Under the pieces are notes generated by a model, which had not been told where the DNA came from, did no database searches, and saw nothing but the letters and a program-made list of their open reading frames with translations. The translations under genes and the position numbers were made by a program. A stretch of DNA of 64,000 nt from Octopus sinensis (Eukaryota), in the NCBI RefSeq assembly GCF_006345805.1, contig NC_043002.1, positions 61,690,001 to 61,754,000 on the forward strand, read 5' to 3'. Shown here piece by piece: positions 1 through 12,455 of the stretch. The stretch's first letter is position 1, and each line of letters opens with the position of its first letter.

Positions 1-199
1 ATTCTCAAGATTCAACACTATTTGTATGAAATCCGAGGCGTTTAGCAAATAATTCATTCAATCATTAAACATCAAATCTATCATTTTGATTTGCTGCGGG
101 GTTGTGATAACGTTTCTATGTCGGTGTAGAGATTTTTTATCTTTTTTTGAAACGTACATTCAGGATGTATGTGTTTGTGTGAATATGTTTATATTTACT

Positions 200-780
<581 letters not shown>

Positions 781-1288
781 CGTGTTTGATTTTTTTGTGC
801 CAGATTATAGTGTGTACATGTGTTTATAATTCTTGATTTCGTATTTTAAGACACGTTTGAGACCACTAAGACATCTATTTTGTAAAGAAAATCGATTTTT
901 CAAAGTATTTATTAGCATCATGCCGACATACTTGCTTCTATGCTGTATTCTTTAACGGTTTTAGAGTTGATCGTAAAGAGAATGGAAAATTGGACAGAAA
1001 GAAAAAGAGAATGAAAGAAAGTGAGGAAGAAAATTATGCGAATCAAGAGAAACAAAGAATAAACGAAGGAAAGAAGAGAGGATGGAGAGGAAGGAAATAA
1101 AGAAGAAAATAATGAAATAATAAAATAAAAATGAATGATGTACAGGAAAAAAATGATGTTATGGAAGTTAAAAAGAAAATACAAATATACAAAGAAATGC
1201 AATTGTAACAAAAATCATTTTTAAAATAGATCCATAGAGAAAAAAAGAAATAATTACAAATATAAAAATAAGACTCGCTTCATCTACT

Positions 1289-1310
1289 GCCGCCATCTTG
1301 CCCCGCCGCA
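1289..1310 (-). promoter_or_regulatory. Perfect YY1 consensus (CAAGATGGCGGC on -) next to a GC-box-like GGCGGGG; candidate gene start
   Basis: + strand GCCGCCATCTTG at 1289-1300 followed by CCCCGCC; a GC-rich spot in AT-rich surroundings; ATG on - at 1296. Confidence 0.4.
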
Positions 1311-1437
1311 CAAAACGTTGAAGTATCAACAAACATGAGATAAAATAACTTCTGCATACGATGAAGAAAATAAAACGAAAAATTCACAACGGCTATATGG
1401 GAAAATGAAAACAGGAAAATAAATCATATAATACAAC

Positions 1438-1710
<273 letters not shown>

Positions 1711-2226
1711 AGGAAGTATATAAAAAATAAACAAAGGTAAAAGCAAAGAATTAATGTTATGGATGATTCAAAGAAATTTTCAAAATATGAACGTCAATCG
1801 AGGTGGCGGGAATATGTTGTAAGAAAATATAGAATGAATAAGAAAAAATAAAGAAAGAGGTAAAGATGAATTAAATTTAAAGGTAGGAATGCAAAGGAGA
1901 AAATAATTAAAAACAAAAAGTAAAAGTAATTTAAAAAAAAAAATTGTAGTTAAGCAACGAAGAACATGCATAAAAAAAGCGAGAGGTTATATGTGAAAGA
2001 AAGGCAAAGCAATGTGTAAGGAGGAAGATCGATGCAGAGAGAAAGAGTAAGAAACACAGTGAAAGATATAGAGCGAGAGATGGGGATTGGAGACGGAGTA
2101 TTAAATAGCCATTAAGGATAGAGATGTTAAGTCAGAAACCATAATGTATTCGATTGATTGCTTACAGTTCATGAGTTCAAATGATATTCAGGTGTTTGTT
2201 TACGGTTCCCGAGAGCAAGGCAGGAG

Positions 2227-2271
2227 TGACGTCAATTATGCATAACGCTACAACACCAGCATGTGACGTAA
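2227..2271. promoter_or_regulatory. bZIP-type motif cluster (CRE TGACGTCA, palindrome TTATGCATAA, TGACGTAA)
   Basis: TGACGTCA 2227-2234, TTATGCATAA 2236-2245, TGACGTAA 2264-2271. Confidence 0.3.
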
Positions 2272-2774
2272 TATGTTATGTGTACGGATGCATGCTTAGA
2301 TTTGTTGATAAAAAAAAACATATTTGGTTAGAAATAGGTTAGAAGTATAACTCAGGTTTAAGAGAACATTCGGTTTGTAATTTGATATGTTAATACGAGA
2401 ATAAATCTCACGGCAAGAAATGATTAGAAAATAATCGGATGATAACACACCAACGAATGGAATGCCATTTGCTGTATAATGTAACATAACAGACTTAAAA
2501 AAAAAATACTGTTATGAGAATGTCTTTTTATCTCCAAATCCTGGATATTTTAGTGCGGTTAACAGGGCTCAAAGACTATGAATGATCATAATCACAAGAG
2601 TATTCCTAAGTTGGGAAACAATCCTTCGGAATGTTGTTCATTCAGAGCGGAATCAAGTGGAGCAAAGTGATATAGAGAGACTTCCTCAAGATCGCAACGC
2701 ATCACTTGGCAAATCAAATCACGATTTTGCGTGCAACACCTCAATCGCTAAGCCACACGCCTTCACCATTTCTT

Positions 2775-2849
<75 letters not shown>

Positions 2850-2898
2850 GTCTGTCTGTCTGTCTGTCTATCCATCTGTCTGTCTATCCATCTGTCTG

Positions 2899-2972
<74 letters not shown>

Positions 2973-3125
2973 CATCTATCTATCTATCTATCTATCTATC
3001 CATTTCTCTCTCTCTCCCTCTCTCTCTGTATAAAGATACATACATAAATGCATACATACATATATACATACACACATACACACACGCACACACGCACACA
3101 CACACATATATATATATAGATAGAT
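2775..3125. repeat. (CTAT)n/(CTGT)n/(CT)n/(CA)n microsatellite
   Basis: Direct reading. Confidence 0.95.
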
Positions 3126-3173
3126 ATATGAAACAAAATTTGGAAGCATTGAAATTGACGGTAATTGTTATCA

Positions 3174-3229
3174 GGGGCCGTTTAGCTTAATGGTAGAGCA
3201 GGTAGTCAGTTCAACTCCTGTAGCCTTTT
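3174..3229 (+). pseudogene. tRNA-like remnant lacking the anticodon arm
   Basis: GGGGCCGTTTAGCTTAATGGTAGAGCAGGTAGTCAGTTCAACTCCTGTAGCCTTTT: A-box TAGCTTAATGG, D-stem GCT/AGC, B-box GTTCAACTC, acceptor-like ends, T4; no anticodon stem. Confidence 0.55.
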
Positions 3230-3339
3230 GGTGGCGACTTCTATTCCGTTTTACAAGGAACAATACCCAGATTTTTCTGCTTTTCTTACAGCTTTACTGC
3301 GTTCGAAATTTACTTTCCTACCTGCAATATAGTTTGAAT

Positions 3340-3480
3340 TTATTGAAAAACAAAGACGAAAACTAGTGCATGAACAACAAGCAAGTGTATTTGTTTGACG
3401 CTCAGGAAAAAGGGAAAAGTCTTTTACGTTTCGAACCTACGCTCTTCGACAGAAAGGAATGAGAGAAAATGGAGAGAGAA
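3340..3480 (-). mobile_element. Penelope-type pLTR-like fragment with minimal hammerhead motif (family HHR1)
   Basis: - strand 3456-3421: CTTT CTGTCGA A GAGC GTAG GTTC GAAAC GT A AAAG; the flanks match the other HHR1 copies. Confidence 0.7.
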
Positions 3481-3549
3481 TGAAAAAAAAAACGTGTTGT
3501 GTTAAATATATGTGTGTGTGTGTGCGTGTGTGTGTGGTTGTCTATACTC

Positions 3550-3801
3550 GGTTGTCAAGCATCGGTTGTCAAGCAATGCTAGGGGGACAAACACAGACAC
3601 ACACACACACATACATACATATATATACATATATACGACAGGCTTGTTTCAGTTTCCGTCTACCAAATCCACTCACAAGGCATTGGTCGGCCCGGGGCTA
3701 TAGCAGATGACACTTGCCCAAGATGCCACGCAGTGGGACTGAACCCGGAACCATGTGGTTGGTAAGCAAGCTACTTACCACACAGCCACTCCTGCGCCTA
3801 T
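3550..3801 (-). mobile_element. tRNA-headed SINE, family A (CORE-like centre)
   Basis: Head ATAGGCGCAGGAGTGGCTGTGTGGTAAG...GGTTCAGTCCC (A/B boxes), then CATCTTGGGCAAGTG; matches the full copy at 21601. Confidence 0.85.
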
Positions 3802-4329
3802 GTGTCTATGTCTATGTGTGTTTCTTTTTCAAGAATCTCTAACTCCTTAATCATTAAGAAAATGAGAGACACCAGAGAAATAAAACCAGATTTTCTTGCA
3901 TAGGGGTTTTAATCTTAGCTTGGTTTGACGAGTAAGCACTGCTCATATCTGCGCTGATGTCTATACTTTTGCCGTTGTGCTGTACGAAGCGAATGGGATA
4001 CATAAAGATAAACTGGATTATTTCGATTATATTAACGTCCAATAAGGAGCATATAGTATGCATCATGCAATATATGACGTATTCTAAGCACAAATCATTC
4101 GGGTTAGTATTAGTTAATCAAAGTAATCGAAATCCATATTCTCAATTACGTTCATAAGCATACATTATGTCATATGATGTGTAATATAATGCATATAATT
4201 AAGCTCGTTTCTATACATGTTGTACTAACCGTTTGTGTATAAGATGCTGCTCGAAAATCAGAAAACGCGTTATTGGTTCTACATACGTCTAGAGATGGAG
4301 CGCTAAAATTTTCATGTTTTTTTCATTCT

Positions 4330-4480
4330 CTCTCAATTTATTTGCTCTTATTCGGTTTTGTTGAAGAGTCTAGGCTCGAAAGGTAAACGGCTTTTTCCTT
4401 TTCCAGAACGTCAAACTAATACACTTTCTTGTTGATCATATACCTGCCTTTGTCTTTTGTTAATAAATTTCAGCTACAGA
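4330..4480 (+). mobile_element. Degenerate HHR1/pLTR fragment
   Basis: TTGTTGAAGAGTCTAGGCTCGAAAGGTAAACGG at about 4357-4392 with family flanks. Confidence 0.55.
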
Positions 4481-4614
4481 TGCGATAGTTAAACATTAGG
4501 TTAAACAATCTTTAAAGAGTCAATATTTAGGATCATTTACAGAAAATTTCAAAATATGAATATCACTCAAGTCTAGATGAACGTGGGTGCTAGAAAAGCA
4601 GTAAACAGATATAT

Positions 4615-4902
4615 GTTTGTTCCTTCTCGAGCCATGCCCGGCTCATAAGGGCCGGTTTCCCGGTTTTCTTGGCATATAGATTCCCCACCTGGATGGGATG
4701 CCGGTCCGTTGCAGGTGAGCTGCATGATGTAGGAGGAAAATGTGAGAGAAATTTGTGGCGAAAGAGTCAGCAAAATTTCGCCATTACCTTCTGCCGGAAC
4801 CGCGTTGAGCTTAGGTGTTTTACTCATAAACATACACATCGCCCGGTCTGAGATTCGAACCCGCGATTCCGCTGCTCTAACCACTAGGCCATGTGCCTCC
4901 AC
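4615..4902 (-). mobile_element. tRNA-headed SINE (head H1 + tail T1) with 12-bp TSD
   Basis: Head TGGCCTAGTGG...GGTTCGAATCT; identical AAACAGATATAT at 4603-4614 and 4903-4914. Confidence 0.85.
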
Positions 4903-5159
4903 AAACAGATATATAGTTAGTAATAAACATACCAGCGATATAACTGCAGCATCCACTGCGTTGTTTGATAAAAAGATCTATTTTTCCTTTGGTATAAACA
5001 CTGAAGGAGGTTCAACTCGCATAAAGATAAATAGAAAACCAATAATACATGACGACAATTATCACCCATCGGAATCCCCTTAAATGTGAAGGTAGAAATA
5101 TAAAGAGATCAATATCATATCACTAAATTTATAGCCTTTGCTAATATTAGTTTCAAATT

Positions 5160-5357
5160 TTGCACACGGCCAGCAATTTCCGGTGAGGTGGGGATTACAT
5201 CGATCTCAGTGCTTAATTGGTACTTATTTTATCGACTCCTAAATTATGAGACGCAAATTTGACCTCGGCGGAATTTGAACTCAGAACGTAAGGACAGATT
5301 ATATGTCGCTAAAAATTTTGGCCGGCGTGCTAACCATTCTGCCGGCTTGCCGTCTAA
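5160..5357 (-). mobile_element. SINE family B copy
   Basis: Reverse complement of the family B head and centre (CTGAGTTCAAATTCCGCCGAGGTC...GTCGATAAAATAAGTACC). Confidence 0.8.
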
Positions 5358-5383
5358 GCCAGTGTTAATATTGAATCTTCGTT

Positions 5384-5755
5384 AAGGCGGGGAGCTGGTA
5401 GAAACGTTAGCACGCCGGGCGAAATGCGTAGCCGTATTTCGTCTGCCGTTACGTTCTGAGTTCAAATTCTGCCGAGGTCGACTTTGTCTTTCATCCTTTC
5501 TGGGTTGATAAATTAAGTACCAGTTACGCACTGGGGTCGATATAATCGACTTAATCCGTTTGTCTCTCCGTGTTTGTCCCTTCTGTGTTTAGCCCCTTGT
5601 GGGCAGTAAAAAGAATAGATATTTCGTCTGTCTTTACATTCTTAGTTCAAATTCCACCGAGGTCGACTTTGCTTTTCATTCTTTCTGTGTTGATAAATTA
5701 AGTACCAGTTGCGTACTTGGGTCGATCTAATCGACTGGCTCCTTTCCCCCAAATT
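5384..5755 (+). mobile_element. SINE family B (Deu/Nin-like central domain) with internally repeated 3' unit
   Basis: AAGGCGGGGAGCTGGTAGAAACGTTAGCACG head; GTCTTTCATCCTTTCTGGGTTGATAAATTAAGTACCAG domain occurs twice. The Deu/Nin similarity is from recall, not a search. Confidence 0.8.
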
Positions 5756-6099
5756 GGATCTTTGTCAACAAAAGCTGGTCACAAGCTTTAAAATAAACTA
5801 AATGCATTATATATTGTAATATGTTGGCCTTTTGTTTGCGACAGCTGCAGAGGGAGTTTGTACGCCAGAAAGAAGTGCATAGCAACATTACGTCAATATT
5901 TGTGTTCTAGTCTCAAATTTAGCTTATGTCGACTTTGCATTTCTCTTTTCCAGGTCGGTATGATTAATACCAATCAAGTATAGCAGTTGATGTAATTGAT
6001 TTATACCCTCCTTCGAAATTGTTGGTCTTTTGCCAAACTTTGATACCAACATTTTAGTTTCTTCTACAATTTGATGTCACGAATTCAAATCCCTTCTGG

Positions 6100-6770
6100 A
6101 TAATGAGTATGAGAGATATGCATCAATTTGATATGTCAAGGAATCCCTGTTACTGGAATTACAGCACATCCTGAATGGCCGATGTTGTATAGTAAATTCC
6201 TTTTCAAATATTTATTCTCCTTCTTTTAATCTTTAAGGAATAAAATTACTGAAATGGTGATAATATACAATTCTCGGTTATTCCAATTTTGGATCCAATT
6301 ACATTTATTCATTTAAATGTTCCAGTCTAAAAGTTGTGGTAATGCTGGAGCACTTCTATTTTCATCACGTTGTCGATGGCCAACTTCATACGGTTGACTT
6401 TGGCTTTTGTTGAACGAGGGGCTTTGATATTGCTGCATGCGTTTGAGATTCTTATGATATTTACTTATTAAAACATAAATATGTTTCCAACACGTATAAC
6501 AATGGGTCTATCATGATAATACGATAGAAATCTGTCTCTTAATTATTTGTGGACAAGCCGTGAGTGACATCTCCATTGTACAGATTCCAATATTTATTGT
6601 TTAATCTTGAGTCGTAACTCCTGCAGCACAAAATATTTCCGAAAAATGATTAATCGTTTCCAAAGTTTGAATATATTTATAATCTGAATTCCATCCCACC
6701 TGAATTAGAATTCTCAACCAGGTTTCCATATTTCTTCACTTTCCTAAACGTAATGTATTAAGGCCTTGCT
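6100..6770 (-). mobile_element. Possible highly degenerate RTE-like LINE 3' remnant
   Basis: Broken frames such as LWKRLIIFRKYFVLQELRLKIK and KVNRMKLA-HRQRDENRSAPALPQLLDW resemble RTE C-terminal motifs; many stops. Confidence 0.3.
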
Positions 6771-7075
6771 AGGATCAGTTATTACACTGCATCGCCAAAC
6801 CTTTGAAAATACCAAACATCATTTATCCTTTATTTGTTTCACTTATTTCACTTCGGTCATGCGCTGGAGCTCCGTCCTGTTCTGGTATCACTTTTCTCTT
6901 GTTGAACTGCTAAAGTACGGGACCACATCAAAGGAAACCCGGTTAACAAGCTGGACTAGTAGGCATACACAAAGATATAGTGACACACAGACAAATACTC
7001 ACACACACATATATGTGTGTATGTATGTATGTATGTAGGAATGTATATATATATATATATATATATATATCTATT

Positions 7076-7107
<32 letters not shown>

Positions 7108-7147
7108 ATATATATATATTATATATATATATATACATATATATACA

Positions 7148-7385
7148 GTCGTGGCTCTTTGGTGAGAAACTTGCTTCCTAAACACATGGTTTCTTGTTCA
7201 GTCACAGTACGTAGCGCCTTGACAACCGATGTTGGTGTGTTTACGTCCCCGTAACCTAGCGGTTCGGCAGAAGGTAGATAGAGTAAGTACTAGGCTTACA
7301 AAGAATAAGTCCTGGGGTCAATGTTTTCGACTAAAAGCGGTGCTTCAATATGGCTGCAGTTAAATAACTGAAAGAAATAAAAGGA
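7148..7385 (+). mobile_element. SINE family A, internally deleted
   Basis: Degenerate head fused to the tail GACAACCGATGTTGGTGTG...GCGGTGCTTCAATATGGCTGCAGTTAAATAACTGAAA. Confidence 0.75.
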
Positions 7386-7415
7386 TATATATATATATAA
7401 AATCAAAATAAACAC

Positions 7416-7964
7416 CAGGATTTCAAGTAGTAATGCAGTAGAACCGTTCCAAGCGCCTGCATTTAATTGAACAACGCATTCATTACATCAATTTAGATAC
7501 ACCGCTACCTTTAGCTGCATGAAATATAGATTTGACAGCTCATTGCTGGCTGTTGACATAAATGTATGACTAACAGCCAGCTATGTGCTATGAACTCATT
7601 TTGCTCTTCATTGTAAATACACGCAGTATTCTAGTCTTTGATATTTTCTTGATGATAAGGAGATAGATAAATTGGAAATGAATTACAACACTAAGACCCC
7701 CACTGTGTTCCATGCTACTCTAAAAATTGTAGTTTCTTCTTGTCTTAGATATACTTGCTGCAATAGTGTCAACTTGAAATTCCTCCAACCTCTTGCTCTG
7801 CTGAAATATTAAAAATATATATATATTAATATATCTTGTCTGTTGAAAATCCATATTTCGTGCAGTTGATGATAGTGCTGTATTACAACTGCTGTAATGA
7901 TTACATTGTTCAATTAAATGGAGGCGCTTGAAACGGTCGTACTTCATTACTACTTGACATCCTG
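7416..7964. mobile_element. MITE, about 550 bp with about 130-bp imperfect TIRs (CAGGAT...ATCCTG)
   Basis: 7416 CAGGATTTCAAGTAGTAATGCAGTAGAACCGTTCCAAGCGCCTGCATTTAATTGAACAA versus the reverse complement of the 7964 end, CAGGATGTCAAGTAGTAATGAAGTACGACCGTTTCAAGCGCCTCCATTTAATTGAACAA; no clear TSD. Confidence 0.8.
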
Positions 7965-8103
7965 TTACTTATTTTGAATCTTAATTACATATCATAAATA
8001 TATATAAAATACAAGAAAAATGGATATGAAAACATCCACTCATTCACTGGCACAGTTAAGTGCCCGACTTTGCAGAGAAAAAAACTATACAAATCACATG
8101 GGT

Positions 8104-8600
8104 ATATATTGAATTATGAAAATGAATTAAAATTGACGATATATATAACAATTGGCAATTCAAGAATGAAAATTTAAAATTTATTAGCATAATATTATAT
8201 TATATTCTTATAATAATATAATGTAATGTAATATAAGTAATAAATGTTAAATATAAATCACGTACAAATGTTTCAAAGCTTGGCCATAATAAAATTATAA
8301 AGATTCATTGTAAACAAACAGACTCAAATTCCGTCTTATTGGTTATGTGAATCCTAACATATACAAGAGGAGATTCTTGGCCAACAAACAATGAACTTTT
8401 ATAATTCTATTATGACCAAGAATTGGAACATTTGTATGTGTCTTATATTTAATATTTATTACTATATTTACTATTTAATATTTATATTGTATCATTTTGT
8501 TATAAGAATATAATAAAAAACACTATTATGCTAATAAATATTAAATTTTAATTATTGAATTGCCAATTGTTATATATATCTCCATTTTCAGTTCATATAT
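8104..8600. repeat. AT-rich foldback/hairpin element (about 200-bp arms, about 80-bp spacer)
   Basis: GATATATATAACAATTGGCAATTCAA (about 8138) is inverted at about 8556-8580; inner CTTGGCCATAATAAAATTATAAAGATTCATTG is inverted at about 8390-8420. Confidence 0.8.
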
Positions 8601-8601
8601 G

Positions 8602-8668
<67 letters not shown>

Positions 8669-8852
8669 TAATATTAAATTAGAGATAAAACCACTATTAG
8701 GCAAATCAAACAGTGAAAATCATAAGCCAATACATAGAAATAAAACTAATTAAAAAATATAAAATATAAAATATAAAAATCCCATTAAAATATTTAAATT
8801 AAAGTTAAAATTTTAAAAAATTATTTTAATTAATAATTTAAACTTATAATTT

Positions 8853-8895
<43 letters not shown>

Positions 8896-8959
8896 TATAT
8901 ATACATACATATACATATACATATATATAGTGGCAAGTTACAAAAGAAAAAAAGGCGAA

Positions 8960-9130
8960 TATATAGTGAGAATTTACAAAAAACAAAAGGTGACGATGGG
9001 CATATAAACAACAAACAAATGTATTAGTTTAAAGCTCGGGAAGTGAGAAAGTCTCTTACGTTTCGAGCTTACGCTCTTAAACATGAAGGAACACAGAAAT
9101 AAACAGACAGAAAACAGAAAAAGGTTTAGT
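8960..9130 (-). mobile_element. HHR1/pLTR fragment with degenerate core
   Basis: - strand ATGTTTA A GAGC GTAA GCTC GAAAC GT A AGAGAC at 9051-9085; 3' end runs into CTATATAT. Confidence 0.6.
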
Positions 9131-9290
9131 GGCTAACGATCTATCATACATTGGATGGGCTTCCGCACAGAGTTCGTGTACCAAATTCACTGCCAGCGCA
9201 TTGATCAGCATGGGCTAAAGTCGAAGGTAATTTCCAAGGTGCTACACAGTGGGACTGATCCTTAAACCATGCGGTTGAAAATCGAGCTCT
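9130..9290 (-). mobile_element. SINE family A head fragment
   Basis: Matches the family A head (CACAGTGGGACTGA..CC.AAACCATG). Confidence 0.65.
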
Positions 9291-9469
9291 TTCTTTAAGG
9301 TTTCTGCTGCTTTTAGATTTAGGCTTTATGAGTATTTTCTTCGTCTTTCATATCTGAGTTTAAATTTCGCCGAGGACGATGTGCATCCCATGTTTCGGGA
9401 TCGATAAATTAAGTACCACTTGAGCAGTGATATTGTTTACTACAGTGATGCTATTTTCGAAGCCAATGC

Positions 9470-9655
9470 CCGAAACGTTTGGGGGAGGGACCAGTCGATT
9501 AGATCGACCCGAGTACGCAACTGGTACTTAATTTATCGACCCCGAAAAGATGAAATGCGAAGTCGACCTCGGCGGAAGTTGAACTCAGAACGTAAAGAGA
9601 GACGAAATACCGCCAAGCATTTCGCCCAGCGTGCTAACGTTCCTGCCAGCTCGAA
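9470..9655 (-). mobile_element. SINE family B copy
   Basis: Family B head and centre in reverse orientation. Confidence 0.8.
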
Positions 9656-10559
9656 CCTTTTGAGCAGTGATGTTGATGCAACCGACTAGACGCCTTCCAC
9701 AAAATTCCAGGCGTTGTGTCTATATTAGAAAAGATATTAAGAGCTAAGGTTGTTGTGAAGTTAGTTTTATATTACTATACGATGAAATGATTCTGGCTGT
9801 TATTGCAGCTGTTTTTACGTGTCGAGGTCTCGTGCACTATAAAATCCCGTTGAATGGTATGAGACAAGACTTTGAATGCAGTACACTTTATACTTGATTA
9901 ATGATCACGTTGACAAGGTTTGTGATGCTCTCATTAAGTGTTAAAATTTTAATGGTGACGGTGCAGTTGACGTTGTCGTTGGTGTTCGTTTAGCTAGTAG
10001 TGCATGTCATGATAAGTAGTGATGGTGGATTCCAAGCTGCCTGCTTCGATGATGAGCTTTTAGTTGTTTAACCAAATGAATCTTTACACGAGCAGTTAGC
10101 TTAGACGCGGCGACAATTATAGCCTTGCATGCTTCTAGTTAAACATTCTGCAACATTTCGGCAGTGAAGAGTCTGTCATCATTAACTTAAATAGTCTTCA
10201 CGATCTGTGTGACTGGAAAGTAAATGATACGGATATATAAATATATAAGCACATTTGAATGACATGTATACATGCTAATTTCATCGTTGGTGTTCTTGTT
10301 GATTTCAACCATGATCGTGTCAGCGAAAATCCACAAAGCATAAAGTAAACATTTTCTGAAAATTATAGTCTGAGTAATGCATCGTTGATAGGTAAAAGGC
10401 GTTTCTCTTATTTATAATCGGCGAAGTAAAGCTTTACGCTGCTGGAGTCGACATAAATGTAAAACAAGAAATTTCAACAAGAAATTTTAAACGGTCGTCT
10501 ACGACTGCACGTCTGATGTTGACAGCGCTATCTTTATGCATACATGTATGTCATTATTA

Positions 10560-11500
10560 AGTTTTATTTCAAAATTCCTTACCAATAGAGAAAGAATCGG
10601 TTTCTAACCTAGATTCAAGGCGCTATTGGAATTGCAACATCAACAACAGAGTATTTTTGTTTAAATGTATGTGTGTATGTATATTTGCAGATTTGTATGT
10701 TTTACTTGATGTATGTATTCTTATGGATATAGTTGCGTATCAAGACATACTCGTATATATTTAAATGATAAACTTCTAGAAAATGTTACAGATTTTTACC
10801 GTCCCAGTCATGGCTTGGGACTGTAGTCTTCGAATTACCTTTCTCTTCAAGTTTTGAGAAGCTTAATTTCTCAAGATTCGTGTTTAGGCCGTGTGTCACA
10901 GATCCCAGGGCCCCAATAATTGCAGGTATAATAAACCTGAACTTGTAATCTGAATAGAGTAATTGCGGATTTCTTAATATTCAGCGCAGGTATTCTCTTT
11001 TTCACTAATCTTAGCTTTATGCTAGCATCCACTGAACAGCTAATTTCCACAACTGTGAACAGTTTCGCTTCTCTATCCCAAATCATTATATCAAGTTTGC
11101 TGTGCTTAAATTTATTGGGGATTTCCCTTGGACATTCCATCAGTAGTCCTTATTTATTACCAGTGACTATGAGTTCTACCATACTCTGGGATTTTATTTC
11201 TTTGTCCTCGGGGTTATCCTTCCGACGGATTTCATCATAGAGTGTTTTGGCTTCAATATCATGTCCCATCCATAGATAATACCGTGATGACATTTTCAGA
11301 CAACTGCTAATGTTGTGGGTGATAACTTCGGTGTTAACGCCACAAAGTCTGCATTTTTTTGTCACCTTTTACTGCTTTTCTTTCATCTTTATTTCCTTCG
11401 TGCATCAAGTACTTCGTTGATATTTCTTGTTCCTGCGTTACAAACGCATACCCTTCAAAGTGGGAGGTAGTAATCCGGCTATTTGTCCATGATAAACTGC
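10560..11500 (-). mobile_element. R4/Dong-type non-LTR retrotransposon 3' fragment (CCHC + restriction-like endonuclease)
   Basis: GYAFVTQEQEI, CRLCGVNTEVITHNISSC (CCHC), GHD, SKLDIMIWD...VEISC (PD-(D/E)xK-like); frameshifted. Confidence 0.8.
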
Positions 11501-11519
11501 TTTGATGATCGAAGTTAGC

Positions 11520-11610
11520 GTAGTATGTATGTATGTACGTACGTGTGTATATATTTATGCATGTATGTATATGTGTATATATGCATGTATATGTGTATGT
11601 GTGTATGTGC

Positions 11611-11661
<51 letters not shown>

Positions 11662-11700
11662 TGTATGTATGTATGTATGTATGTATGTATGTATCTATAC
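11520..11700. repeat. (TATG)n/(TA)n microsatellite
   Basis: Direct reading. Confidence 0.95.
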
Positions 11701-12129
11701 ATAAACCGCATGCATGGCTCCGTGATAAGAAGATTGTTTAAGAGCCCCATGATTTCTAGTTCAATCCCACTGCACAGCAACTGGGGTATGTATCATTTAT
11801 TATAGACCGGTACCAACAAATACATCGTGAGTATATTTTGCAGATTGAAACTCCATATAAATGTTGCATAGACATATACTCTGTGTCAAGTCTCATAAAG
11901 AAAATGTTTCCTAATTTTTGACCGAAAGCTAGGAATTTTGAAGAGAGGGGTATGTTGATTACATAGACACAAGTAATAAATTAATTATTATTTGTCGATC
12001 GACAGGATTGAAACCAAAATCAACCTTGGTGGCAGTTGATCTGAGAGATTAAACCCAGAAAAAATTCTGCTGAGCATTTCGTCAGGCATATCAGCGAATC
12101 TGCCAGCTGACAGTTGTGCTGAGGATAGA

Positions 12130-12455
12130 GGAGACCCCATTTCGGCCATGAATGCACCTAGAAAGATAACCTCCGAGGCACATTTCAGGGCAAGATTGTT
12201 TGTGGAAGGCTAGCAGTCGCCCATGCATACCAGCCTCCTCTCTCCACACCCCTGATGTTATCTAAGGGAAATGCAAAGTGTCCGATATAGTTTGGCACCA
12301 GTGAAGTCGCAACTCATTTCTACAGCTGAGTTAACTGGAGCAACGTGAAATAAAGTGTCTTGCTCAAGAACACAACACACAGCCCAGTCCCGGAATCGAA
12401 TTCACAACCTCACGATCGTAACCTCTACGCTCTAACCACTGAGCCATGCGCCTTC
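12130..12455 (-). mobile_element. tRNA-headed SINE (head H2 + tail T3)
   Basis: GAAGGCGCATGGCTCAGTGGTTAGAGCG...TTCGATTCC...TGTGTTCTTGAGCAAGACACTTTATTTCACGTTGCTCCAG; second copy at 54770. Confidence 0.85.
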
